A stretch of DNA of 64,000 nt, taken from NCBI GenBank assembly GCA_950097015.1, contig CATNEN010000039.1, positions 7,998,001 through 8,062,000 of the forward strand. The letters are read 5' to 3'. Origin of the DNA: Macrostomum hystrix. Taxonomy: Eukaryota > Animalia > Platyhelminthes. A program made the position numbers and the translations under genes. A model generated the notes under the pieces. It was not told the DNA's origin and searched no databases. It was given only the letters and a program-made list of their open reading frames with translations. Positions 13,457 to 25,701 of this stretch are shown piece by piece. How positions within the stretch are numbered: position 1 is the first letter of the stretch; the number at the start of each line of letters is the position of its first letter.

Positions 13457-16400
13457 AAGCAGGCGCTCCGCTAGGCCTAGTGGCGTGGCGCCGCGGCCAT
13501 CAGGTAGAGTAGGACTCGCCCCGTAAACCAGAAGCAACTCAACCTGGAACAAATGGGGAGAAAAGGGTGGAATCTCCAATTTTTCCTATTTTTCTTTCAC
13601 CCTGTCATCTTCGATTCCCCTCTGTATGGCCATGACGCTCTGACCTGCAGTCCCTGCCTCTCCTGCGTAGCCACATGAAGTGGAGTGTTGCGCTTATGCG
13701 GGTGATAGAAGTTCGGATTGGCGCCCAGAGCCAGCAGGCGAAACGAGGTCTCCAGATTTGGGGTCCGGACGCTGGCGTGAAGCTGCATGTTCATGTCTTC
13801 CAGGGAGCAGAGCTCAGAATCTTTGTAGCGCTTGCAGAAGGCCAGCAGTTGGTACTTCTGCTTCACGAAGTCCGCCTTGATCGGACTGGAAGAAGCAACA
13901 GTTTGACAACCTCAGTCTGAGGATCTGGGAGTTTCAAACTCCATCTGAGGATCTGGGAGTTTCATACTCAGTCTGAGAATCTGGGAGTTTCAAACTCCAT
14001 CTGAGGATCTGGGAGTTTCAAACTCCATCTGAGGATCTGGGAGTTTCATACTCCATCTGAGGATCTGGGAGTTTCATACTTAATCTGAGGATCTGGAAGT
14101 TTCACACTTAATCTGAGGATCTGGGAGAGTGATCTACTCAATCTGAGGATCTGGGAGAGTGATCTACTCAATCTGAGGATCTGAGAGAGTGATCTACTCA
14201 ATCTGAGGATCTGGGAGAGTGATCTACTCAATCTGAGGATCTGAGAGAGTGATCTAGTCACTCTGAGGATCTGGGAGAGTGATCTACTCAATCTGGTGAT
14301 CTAGGAGAGTGATCTACTCAATCTGGTGATCTGGCTGGGAGAGTGATCTACTCACTCTGAGGATCTGAGAGAGTGATCTACTCAATCTGAGGATCTGAGA
14401 GAGTGATCTAGTCACTCTGAGGATCTGAGAGAGTGATCTACTCAATCTGAGGATCTGGGAGAGTGATCTACTCAATCTGGTGATCTGGGAGAGTGATCTA
14501 CTCAATCTGAGGATCTGAGAGAGTGATCTAGTCACTCTGAGGATCTGAGAGAGTGATCTACTCAATCTGAGGATCTAGGAGAGTGATCTACTTAATCTGA
14601 GGATCTGGGAGAGTGATCTACTCAATCTGGTGATCTGGGAGAGTGATCTACTCAATCTGAGGATCTGGGAGAGTGATCTACTCAATCTGGTGATCTGGGA
14701 GAGTGATCTACTTAATCTGAGGATCTGGGAGAGTGATCTACTCAATCTGAGGATCTGGGAGAGTGATCTACTCAATCTGAGGATCTGGGAGAGTGATCTA
14801 CTCAATCTGAGGATCTAGGAGAGTGATCTACTCAATCTGAGGATCTGGGAGAGTGATCTACTCAATCTGAGGATCTGGGAGAGTGATCTACTCAATCTGG
14901 TGATCTGGGAGAGTGATCTACTCAATCTGAGGATCTGGGAGAGTGATCTACTCAATCTGGTGATCTGGGAGAGTGATCTACTCAATCTGAGGATCTGAGA
15001 GAGTGATCTAGTCACTCTGAGGATCTGAGAGAGTGATCTACTCAATCTGAGGATCTGAGAGAGTGATCTAGTCACTCTGAGGATCTGAGAGAGTGATCTA
15101 CTCAATCTGAGGATCTGGGAGAGTGATCTACTCAATCTGGTGATCTGGGAGAGTGATCTACTCAATCTGAGGATCTGAGAGAGTGATCTAGTCACTCTGA
15201 GGATCTGAGAGAGTGATCTACTCAATCTGAGGATCTAGGAGAGTGATCTACTCAATCTGAGGATCTGGGAGAGTGATCTACTCAATCTGAGGATCTGGGA
15301 GAGTGATCTACTCAATCTGAGGATCTGGGAGAGTGACAGGATTAATCATAAAAAACGCTTAACAAGCACCAAACCAAGGTCTTACTGCAGTGGATCATTT
15401 GGCCGAGGCTTTCGCACATTGTCACGGTTTCGCTTGGGATCCAGGATGAGGTATTCCCAAACCTTGTTAGAGCCACCAGACACAACCTGGTGCAGCATCT
15501 GCCAAGCGGGTGGGGTTGGCTGTTAAATCAAAAAATGATCAAAGCTCATTGAAAACACTGCACAAAAGTACCTTTAGTTGAGTCTCGCGCCACTGATGAT
15601 GCGTCAGTGACTTCACTTGAGAGAGATGGCGCCCCAGGCTACGATGAATTGAGCAGCAACTGTCGCACATGAGGACGCAGCGGTTTAGAGAGGCCCATGG
15701 AGGATCTGGGTTTGGAATTAGAGTGAAGCATTAGCAGTCCGCATTAGTATGAAAAAAAACAAATGGTAAGTCTAACACTTCAAAATTGTACATAACAACT
15801 ATAATGACAGAGTCTAGTATGCTGCATGTTGCTGTTTGAGTTTTAAATCCTTTTAATTCCCTTTGCCCCTTGATTATCACAGAAAATGCATTTATTCACT
15901 TACAAATAGTTAAACTCAGTAACATGATACCTTCCTAATTAATTTAAAGAACAAAAATATGATACTCTCTGCTTGCCTACTTTAATTGAAGTAATACAGA
16001 CTACAGTGAAAACTTAATAAGAATAAGAACAATCTTAAGTAGCCAATTATTAATTAGCTAATTATTAAGATTAGTTAAAATGCTTCTTTATTTCCTTTTT
16101 ATATGTAGACTCATTTACAATTAGCTTATTTAAAAAAAAGTAATCTTTATTTTTACAAATACAACTTTGAAATCAAAATATAATTCATTTTTATAAATAA
16201 TAACACAATTATGAAACAAAATTACATATGCATATGACAAACAAAGGTCCTACCCTGTCATTTAAAACATTGTATTTGATAATAAATCTAATCTAAAACA
16301 TTTTATTTCAATTTTGTTTCCCCAATACAAAAGGCTTAAGTCAGATGTAACTGACATCTGATCTCTGACATCTGTGCGAGAAAGTTTATCAAAAGTAAAG

Positions 16401-16831
16401 TCTGAAATGCTGGACAGATTATATATTACTTTTTGCTAATTTAACAGATTATACTCACGACCCTTAGAGGCACTGAGGGAAGTTTAGTGCATGTTCTTAA
16501 GACATTTTAGGAACACAAAATTTTTATTTGGTGCCCATAGCTGCTTGTATGCAACATGCTCATTGATTAAAAAGTTAACAGAAAAAACAAAGCCACAGCC
16601 TGCATATAAAAGTTACTAAAACATGATCATAAGCTATTTAGCTCTAAATTTATAAAATAAGTGTATTTTTGTAAAGAAAGTGTAATAAAAAATAAAGAAG
16701 TAGAATATATAGTCTCAGAGAATTATTCAAAATGGTTCAATCTTTTTTACATATGATATGATCAATGTAAGCTACTTACTTAAATCGCCGCAGTCAGAAC
16801 ACTCAATTAAAGCTGTCTTTAAAGGGTTCAT
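5128..16831 (-). CDS. GIT1: ARF GTPase-activating protein GIT (GIT1/GIT2 family), 12 coding exons, ~1009 aa
   Basis: Exons 16831-16780, 15705-15572, 15498-15386, 13885-13645, 13543-13154, 12836-12582, 11361-11041, 8545-8402, 7379-7161, 7094-6258, 5952-5806, 5304-5128 (3030 nt, phases consistent). ArfGAP Zn finger CSDC-x16-CDSC-x4-R; HPIKADFVKQKYQLLAF; ankyrin repeats (QLHASVRTPNLETSFRLLALGANPN, TPLHVA); QYELTDRFSLYLCGRQP; Spa2-homology repeats (FQELCRDLYDELDRRD, STRNQGRQKLGRL); coiled coil; C-terminal paxillin-binding domain TQQVIQCCFDIAKAAKALV. The low-complexity middle exons are less certain. Confidence 0.92.
7711..8225. repeat. 22-bp minisatellite (~23 copies), GIT intron 8
   Basis: Unit AAACAGAAGCAGGGAGAGGATT. 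Confidence 0.95.
8602..9513. repeat. 21-bp polypurine minisatellite (~36 copies plus degenerate flank), GIT intron 7
   Basis: Unit GGGAAGAGGGAGGAGAGAGTA. Confidence 0.95.
9990..10260 (+). mobile_element. Old, diverged tRNA/CORE-like SINE remnant in GIT intron 7
   Basis: B-box-like GCTTCGAATCTC followed by GAGACAC..TTCAGTTCACCCCAGCTG..GTACCAG and CAGTCCACGGACTGAACAGCTG. Confidence 0.5.
10283..10625. repeat. ~19-bp polypyrimidine minisatellite, GIT intron 7
   Basis: Unit CCCTCTCCTTACCCTCCTT and variants. Confidence 0.9.
11531..12562. repeat. 15-bp minisatellite (~68 copies), GIT intron 6
   Basis: Unit CAGGCATCTCACACA / CAGGCATCTCACGCG / CAGGTAACTCACACA. Confidence 0.95.
13910..15336. repeat. 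28-bp grading into 30-bp minisatellite, GIT intron 3
   Basis: Units CTGAGGATCTGGGAGTTTCAAACTCCAT, then CTGAGGATCTGGGAGAGTGATCTACTCAAT. Confidence 0.95.
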
Positions 16832-18219
16832 TTTCGGTACAGAAATCTACGGTTTATTTATATATTTAACTTATGGTATATTTTAATGAAAATGCCTACA
16901 ATAGGAATTATTAGATAGAATTAAATCAAAGGTAGCTTTCCATACTAACAAATTTAGTTCCCTAAGGCATAGGACTATATAATTCATCCCTTGCTGTACG
17001 CCTTGTCATCCTGTCAGATAATGAACTCGTTTCTGTTTTCGTATCATAATTATTTCCATAAAACTAAATGAAAACTGTGAAGAAATATATAAAATTGAGT
17101 CTATCGAAGTCTATCTGAGTTTATCGAAGAAAAAGACTAAAGGATCCCTCGTTTGCTACTTTATTAAAAATATATACAAACGCTAAGGGATTGTATGAAA
17201 GATTCGGTTCTTATGCTTCATAAACACTGAGAAGCAAAACGCGAATAATGGGCCTGTATTAGTCAACGACTAGCTGTCGAGTTTTTTATTATCGCGCAGT
17301 ATTGTTTCTAAGGAAAGCCGCCGTCAAAAATGCTTGACCCTTAGCTTTAACAAGCATAGACATCTTTGTTTAAAAACTTTTGTCTGGTTAACGTTATTTC
17401 GTTTGCAGAAATTGTTCTAAAACTTATAGTATTTTACTATAAAATTTGTTTAACTTTATACTTTCACTAAAAATATTTTATGCACAAGAATTTGCGTCCC
17501 ATTTTTGTATTGTACAAGCCATTTATCAGCAGCATTGCTCAAGTCAAAGAAAATTTAATAAAATAAAAAAACAATTTATTAAGTCCGCTTTTCTTAAGAT
17601 AATTCTAACATAAACTTTTTAGCCAATAAAAACAACAAAGATCAAAGCTTCAGATTGGATACATTTTCACTGTGTAAAAAATCATTTCATTTAAATTTAA
17701 ATTCAAAGTTTCAGTTAAAATTCATCTTTACACAATTATTCGCTCGCTTTTGAGAAGAACCTAAAGCTGCTATTTTAAGTTGTCCTTGGCAAAGATATCG
17801 ACTGAACACAAGTTATTTCTGTCTAACAGGTTGGATTCTGTCAAAGCGATTGGACTCTGTCAAACAAATTGGGGTTTGTCTGTGCACTTACAGAAATACA
17901 CCATGTAACATAATGTAATTGTAGCTAAAACATGTATCTAAAACACTGTTAATGTAGAATACGTAAGATTTGCGATTTAATTTTCACCTTCCAAAACTTT
18001 TTCACTAAAAAAGAGAAAACTATATGCGCACGAGTGTTGCGCCCTTGTATATTTAGGATTACTTTAAATAGTCTTTAATTTAATAGCACATGTCTGGCAT
18101 GGTATTATCTAAAGCACTCAATTTGGAAAGACAAGCTCCTAACTTTTTCTCCCAGTATCATCGTTGAACAGTGAGCGCTCTGCTGTGCTATAGAGGTCGG
18201 TTAGCTGCCGTCATTTGTT

Positions 18220-19500
18220 TGTCTATGGCCCGTGCATCTATGCCTTGCAGAAATAGCATTGTAACACGCAATGATATAGTAATAAACGGCTATGAGTGCT
18301 GCAATGGAACTTTACCAGTTGGGTGCCGAGGCAGCCAACCGGTAAAAGCATTATAAGGCTTCAGGCCATAGACAAATCAACTCCCCCTATAACGCTACTG
18401 GCGGCTGTCGGTCGACAAGCAACGGCGTTATAGGGGGAGTTGATTTGTCTATGGCCTGAAGCCTTATAATGCTTTTACCGGTTGGTAAAATACTTTAATT
18501 GATAATTAAAAGAAACAAATATAAGCGTCCAAATTTTGTCAGCTTCTGGCTCATGGCGGATTGGCGCAGTTTGTGCCATAGACATGCCATTATCGCTGAG
18601 TGATCGTTTATACCATAATACGTTGCTGAAGCCTTATAATGTTTTTAACCGAGGGCGCGTAGTGCCCGAGGTTTAAAACTTTGCAGTACGAATAGCCGTT
18701 TATCACTGGCATTGTATACTTTTGGACCACAGACAGTTGGGGCGTGCAACAATCAGTCTCACGGAGCGGATATAGCCAGCGGTCTCGCGGGGCGTGCAGC
18801 AATCGATTATTTTGTCGATTGGTGCACGCCCGAAATGTCTATGGTCCAAAAGTAGACCGCCTGACTTAGGGCAGCAAGAGAACTCAGTTTGGGGAAGGCT
18901 GTAAGACCCCGCAGGATCTGGCGGGGTTCGGGACATAGACAGTAAAGGCGTGCAACAATCAGGCTTCATTGGTGGCTGGGAAAAAAACCCATCCAAAAGT
19001 GTACAATGCGGTGCATTAAACGTTAGACAGCGTGCGTGTAACGCAAGTAGTCTATGGTAGAAACTCAACCGCGCTAAGCGTTTTCATCATGCGTGTAACG
19101 CATTTAGCGTGCGTCTAACGCTACAAGCACAAAAACAGTTTATTTTGCCAGCCACTATGTGGAGCGTAACCACAGGCTTGAGCGTGCATTTAACGCAAGT
19201 GTCTATGGCCCAGCTTGCATATTACAATGTAGGATTAATATATCGCCGCTTTGAACTTTAACGGTCTTAGCACGAGTGCGCTTCGTTGATGATTGCTTCG
19301 CGCACTCGTGCTAAGACCGTTAAAGCACTCAGCGGCGATATATTAATCCTACATTGTCCCTTGACTGAGCGCACATATAATTGCTAAATTTTATGCCCTT
19401 ACATTGAGTGTCTATGGCCGAAACATGTCATGTGAAGTAAAAAAAGCGTGCAGATAAAGAAAAAAGCTGCGTGCAGATAATGAAAAAGCGTGCAGATAAT
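18220..19500. repeat. Island of nested inverted repeats (probably non-autonomous palindromic DNA elements)
   Basis: Perfect 61-bp IR 18335-18395/18425-18485; 34/38 IR 18717-18754/18817-18854; IR 19224-19357 (27+26 bp perfect stems); outer IR 18282-18304/18681-18703; recurrent TGTCTATGG/CCATAGACA and GCGTGCA motifs. Confidence 0.85.
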
Positions 19501-20891
19501 GGCAAACAGTTTAAACAAACGATTGCAAACAATGTAATTGATACATTGAAACTGATCGATCGCGTTCTCTATATATAAACTCTATCATATCATCACCCCT
19601 CTGCCCAAACTACGAGTATAAGCCGACAGTATCTGACGTATTCGCTATATCGCAAACTGAGTGAGGAGGGGCAGCTTGAGTCAAGAGAATCTCAATCAGC
19701 ATTTCCTGATATTTTAGGTTTAGACTGACAAAAACTCAGATAATGACTAATTGGTCACTACAGTAGAATCATTCTGTTAGTCTCTAAAATTAGATTTTAC
19801 TGAAACAAGCGCCATTCGTGAGTTGAAGTTGAACTCTGTATAGAACCTGTTTAAAACAAATAGACTGACGATCTGATATTAAGATAAGATATAAGGCTAA
19901 TTAGTAGATATGATTTCAACCACATGGCACACCTTTCTGTTCAACCCACGCCAGTACACTGTACTCTAATAAACATTTGTGAGCCAGATTATTTTAAATT
20001 GATAAACCTATCAACAGCTATAGACTGACGTACATTAACATTTTGTACAATCATAAGTTCATTGGTATCCCAGAATCGCTTCTGATTTCGACGTTAAGTG
20101 AGTACGTTTTATGTATGATGAGCTAATTGGAGAGGCCACGCACTTGAAAGCGCACCATGATTTGCCCCGGAATGGGGTGGGCATCTTAAAAAATAATTTA
20201 TGACTCTTTCAAGGTCAGCACCGGACGGTGAGCTCAACAACATGGAATTGCAGGCTTAATTCTGAGCAATAAAGTTAAATATAGTGCAGTATAGTAAATT
20301 CAAATATTTTTCTTTCCGTCAGATTGTTGTGTCTGGCGTGCATTTCAGACCCGGCTTGTTCGTGCCGGCGGGTAAGTTTATATTTTGTCAAGTCAAGTAG
20401 AAAATGTTCAGTAAAAACTTACACACTGGATGTGTATACAATGCACTGCTATCTCGTTTGAAAATAGAAAATAGGTGGTGTCCTACTGGACGACGCCTAT
20501 AGTAAATACCTTTATTCCCGGCGGTTAAAACCGCATACTGGGTCACCTTCCCAGTGGAAGGACGGTATGCCCAAGGACCCTCCATTGTCGGACGGTTTAT
20601 TTCGGTCGGCAATGTGGTTCTTACTCGAAGCCCCTTTTATCGTACTTCTATTGCAGAGGTCGATCGGTTTAGAGGTTCGTGGCATGCGTGGATCCAGGCA
20701 GAGGGAGTCCGGCAGCTCTCCATTTTTGCTGCTAGGACACAAGGGTCGATCCGGCCCGTCCTCCTTTGGGCTTAACCTCCGCGCCTCTGCGGAAACAAGA
20801 AATTTTCTGATATCTGTAGAGATATCTCTGTGTCTGTAGAGATGTAACTGTAGAGACAAAAAGTGACAAACACTAGAACTGAACTGACGGA

Positions 20892-21326
20892 CTGTGAGAT
20901 GACAGGTGAGGCTGTGAGATGACAGGTGAGGCTGTGAGATGACAGGTGATGCTGTGAGATGACAGGTGAGGCTGTGAGATGAGAGGTGAGGCTGTGAGAT
21001 GACAGGTGAGGCTGTGAGATGAGAGGTGAGGCTGTGAGATGAGAGGTGAGGCTGTGAGATGAGAGGTGAGGCTGTGAGATGAGAGGTGAGGCTGTGAGAT
21101 GAGAGGTGAGGCTGTGAGATGAGAGGTGAGGCTGTGAGATGAGAGGTGAGGCTGTGAGATGAGAGGTGAGGCTGTGAGATGAGAGGTGAGGCTGTGAGAT
21201 GAGAGGTGAGGCTGTGAGATGACAGGTGAGGCTGTGAGATGAGAGGTGAGGCTGTGAGATGACAGGTGAGGCTGTGAGATGAGAGGTGAGGCTGTGAGAT
21301 GACAGTTGAGGTTGTGAGATGACAGG
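20892..21326. repeat. 20-bp minisatellite (~21 copies)
   Basis: Unit GCTGTGAGATGA(G/C)AGGTGAG. Confidence 0.95.
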
Positions 21327-21427
21327 AGACCACAGAGCTATGATGGTTCGAGTATTGTCGGATCTTATTTCGTAAAGTTTAGTTCTGTCCATTCCTTGCA
21401 CTGATTCACACAGTGAAGCATCTAAAT

Positions 21428-22080
21428 CAGGGGTCGGCAAACTCCGGCCCGCGGGCCAGATGCGGCCCTCGAAGCTCCCAAATCCGGCCCGTTGCCCCTT
21501 CCAACACCTATAGTTATCCTGTCTCATCTTTCTCTCCATTGGAGATCGAGATTCTCATCTCTCCCGTGTCTCATCTCTCCTGTCTTATCTCTCCCGTGTC
21601 TCATCTCTCCTGTCTTATCTCTCCCGTGTCTCATCTCTCCTGTCTTATCTCTCCCGTGTCTCATCTCTCCCGTGTCTCATCTCTCCTGTGCCTCATATCC
21701 CCTGTCTTATCTCTCCCGTGTCTCATCTCTCCCGTGTCTCATCTCACCCTGTGTCTTATCTCTCCCGTGTCTCATTTCTCCCGTGTCTCATCTCTCCTGT
21801 GCCTCATATCTTCTGTGTCTCATCTCCTCTGTCTTATCTCTCCAGCCAGTCTTATCTATCATGTTTCTTATCTCTCCAGTGTCTCATCTCTCTCCTGTCT
21901 TATTTCCCCTGTCTCATCTCCCCTGTCTTATCTCCCCTGTCTCATCTCCCCTGTCTTATCTCTCCCCTGTCTTATCTATGATGTGACTTATCTCTCCCCT
22001 TTCTCATAAGTCACTGCGGCCCGCTGTCGTATTTTAGGTTCTCTCCGTGGCCCGCACGCTAATAAGTTTGCCAACCCCTG
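21428..22080 (+). mobile_element. Non-autonomous hAT (Charlie-like) MITE with internal 16-bp minisatellite, copy 1
   Basis: TIRs CAGGGGTCGGCAAACT / AGTTTGCCAACCCCTG; exact 8-bp TSD ATCTAAAT (21420-27, 22081-88); GGCCCGCGGGCC subterminal palindrome. Confidence 0.92.
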
Positions 22081-22537
22081 ATCTAAATGATGGCCTGTTC
22101 CCTAACATGGTGCCATGCTTCAGTGTTGTAAAATCTAAATCAAGGCTTTGTGTCCAAGTTGTCCAATGTGATCATTAGCTATATAAATGAATTCCGTACT
22201 CACACCTACGCAGGTGATCGTTTGTTGCGCGCGTCTGAAATTATATTTTTATTCTGCCCAAAATTTGTCCTGTCTGTAGACACCCCTAGGCTTGATGATC
22301 ACGGTAGAATCTTATCGAATGTGTCTTAGCCTCATCTCCCTCCCTTAAAGTACACAGTCAGTTTGAGTTACCGAGTCACCGACTTTATATTTTGTAGAAT
22401 ATGGTAGGTTTAGTGTACACTCTGGGGCAAATCACGTAAAAAGTGCACTGCTTTTAATGTCACGCCAACCCATAACCACTTGATTGTTAGTCCCCAAGGA
22501 ATTCGTCAAAGTTTTCTTTTTTTGAGTTGGTCTCCGA

Positions 22538-23060
22538 ATCATTCTACTTCTCCATCATTCCACTTCTCCATCATTCCACTTCTCCATCATTCCACTTCTC
22601 TATCATTCTACTTCTCCATCATTCCACTTCTCTATCATTCTACTTCTCCATCATTCCACTTCTCTATCATTCTACTTCTCCATCATTCCACTTCTCTATC
22701 ATTCTACTTCTCTATCATTCTACTTCTCCATCATTCTACTTCTCTATCATTCTACTTCTCCATCATTCTACTTCTCTATCATTCTACTTCTCCATCATTC
22801 CACTTCTCTATCATTCTACTTCTCCATCATTCCACTTCTCTATCATTCTACTTCTCCATCATTCCACTTCTCCATCATTCCACTTCTCCATCATTCCACT
22901 TCTCTATCATTCTACTTCTCCATCATTCCACTTCTCTATCATTCTACTTCTCCATCATTCCACTTCTCTATCATTCTACTTCTCCATCATTCCACTTTTC
23001 CATCATTCTACTTCTCCATCATTCTACTTCTCCATCATTCCACTTCTCCATCATTCTACT
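22538..23060. repeat. 16-bp minisatellite (~32 copies)
   Basis: Unit CATTC(C/T)ACTTCTC(C/T)AT. Confidence 0.95.
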
Positions 23061-23067
23061 ACTCCCT

Positions 23068-23325
23068 AGAACGTCAGACTAACGTCTTAAAGGTCGGAGG
23101 TTCGTTTCCCGACTCCTCTGGAACAATTTGCGTCCTGTAGCAAGACACTTTGCATTGCTTCAGTTCACCCAGCTGTTAAATGGGTCAGCATTAGCTTGGG
23201 TAATTGAGGGTGGGTGTGGCGTCCCCCCAGTCCATGGACTGAACGGCTGTACGCAGCCTTCAGATGCCCATCTGGCTCAATTTGGGGCAGGTGTAATCAA
23301 TATTATAATAATAATTATTATTACT
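23068..23325 (+). mobile_element. Same SINE family, degenerate and internally deleted copy
   Basis: Decayed B box GGTTCGTTTCC, CORE segment, GTGGCGTCCCCCCAGTCCATGGACTGAAC body and TAA/TTA tail. Confidence 0.8.
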
Positions 23326-25701
23326 TCTATTCTACTTGCTCTCTCCTTCTACTTCTCTTCCATTCTACTTCGTCATTCACCTTAATTCCACTTCAATTCT
23401 CTCAGCAAGCCTGACTCGGCCCCACCGTTGTTCAGTGGGAACTCCAATCACTGGGTCATTGCCTCGGAGTCGGACCTTCTATAAAGCTACAGCAGCCAGC
23501 CAGCCTGCCAGCCCCTTTTCCTTTCTCTCCGCCCAGTCCGCAGTACCAGTCTCCTCTAATCTCCTCTGACATCGGGGGCTGGGGAGAGAAATCCCCTCCC
23601 TCATTCCAGTCAAGCTGTCGCCCCGACGTCGCCCCGCCCCCACAGTGCTGCAGTTCAGGCGTTGGGGTGGGTGAGCTGGAGGCGCTCGCACAAACCCAGC
23701 GCGCACTTTTTTGGGGTTGTGGGGTGCGTGTCGGTCAGGAATGGCTGCCCTGCCTTTCACCCACCCCCTCCTCCCTGGATTCGCCGGGCTATCGCAGGCC
23801 TCGCATTTTCTCTTCGTTCCTACTGAGGGAGGCACTGATCGTCCAGTTTTTATCACAGTCCATTTGGGATTTCTTCCCGTTTTTCCTGCACGCAGTCATC
23901 CCCCCGCCCCAGATACACAATAACCCTCAGTTTCATTCTCTGATTCCATCCCATAGCCATCCCAAAGCGCTCAACTCTTCTATAAAGGCATCGGCTGCTT
24001 TTGGGCTAGAAATTCATGGATTGCTGGAGTGCTCGAGTGCTCAAGCTCAGTCTCAACTAGAATCGCGCCGTTCAGACATCATTTTGAATTATTTGGAAGA
24101 TGTGCAGACATTTTGGTAAGAACTTGAATATGATAAAATTACAATATTCGTTGCCTACTCAATTGTAGAGACATATACGAGCGTATGTGTTTGTATATGT
24201 ATTATACATAGAGGTAAATTGCATTGCAGGCCCTAAGCCAAGCTAAACAGGCCAATGGCCTAATTCCCATGTAGCACTATTATCCCTCGTCCCAGCCAGT
24301 TTAGCTCGTAGTTCCAGTTCGAGCGAACTTTAGTTCGAGCGAACCAAGCAAATCTATATTATCTAGCGACACTGTACACTGACACTTCACTACGCGCGCA
24401 CCGCATGACCGCTGCGAATCTACCAAGAATTTTGCCAGTCTTAGAAGTTAGAATGTTTAACACATGAACAAATACGAGATTATTATTAACTATATTAGAT
24501 TAGAATAGTTAATTACCTTTCGAAGGGGTTTAATTTTAACAAGCGAAGCTCGTTAAATTTTAATTAGTCAGCTAATAAAATAATCTATGAAAGCGAGGCG
24601 CACACCAAAATTACAACCCGAGTACGAGAAAGCAGACCATTTCAAAAAGACTTGCATTATTATAGTATGCCAATTTGGCAAATAAGTGCTTATTATTGTT
24701 TACACTGGGTCCGTGTTGCAATGCCACTTCTCGTGGAAGCTGGGCTGGAACTTTCCATGTATTTTGTGGGGTGGGCTGGTTCGGCTGTAGGAGTGCGTGA
24801 TGGGGTGGGGGTGCAAGGCACTTGTGGCGCACTAGCTCAAGTGGCTGGGCGACCCTACCCCCTCGCGTGCTGTGATTGGTCCAGGCCCAGCTCGCCCTCT
24901 TGCAGGGGCGCTGGTTGTGGCTTCTCTCTCCCCCCGCGGTGCTAGCCTTCGGCCCCCGTCTACCCCACTTTCCCCGTCCACCCCTCTTGGAGAGTTGTGT
25001 CGTATCCGACGCCTTATTAATAAACCGTGAAGCTGAAGCTGAAGCCGTGCCAGTTGGCCCAACAACACAGAAAATGTGAGACACCTAGTCTGCGTCTTTG
25101 AGTTATTTTACGAACCTGGGTTACAACAAGCTGCCCGTCGATACCACGTGCTGAAGCAGCGCCTGCTGTCTCTAGTGAGCCTGCTCAGTGCGCGGGTACT
25201 CGCGGTCAGTGAAACACAACAACTGGTGCCGTGTCCATGGATCGTCTAGCTTATTTAGGTTAGTGGGTAGGCCGGCGTGTGTGTTGGTGTCCCTTGGAGT
25301 TGTCCTTTGATGGTCATGGCTGTAGTAAAGTCAAGGCCGCGATATTTGCAAGCTGAATGAAATAATTACCTGCCCCAGTCAGAGGCTTTAGCAGCGATAT
25401 TATTGTATTGAAGTTCTGTTTGCTTGAGCAGTTGTTACGTAATATTAGAGGGCCAAATTGTAAATTATTTTGGGGGTCAGGTTTGAACAGCACATTAGAG
25501 AGAGCAAGAGGAGTGTGCGTAGGTCAGTGCATATAGTACATGAACACCGTCCTACAATGACCAATTTGGATGAGCTGATTGACGCGCTAACCGACCACCG
25601 ATCAACGTGGCGAATCGTGTACCTCGCCCGAACAAGTATGTCGGGGGGGGGCAAGACTTCGAGTTGTAGCTAACCTTGAGCTGGACGACGATTCGGCTTA
25701 C

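Noticed and set aside
18608-19068. Cys-Cys-containing short ORFs in the palindrome island
   Set aside because: The DCCTP recurrences simply reflect the repeated GCGTGCA(A/G)CAATC DNA motif; no other coding signal.
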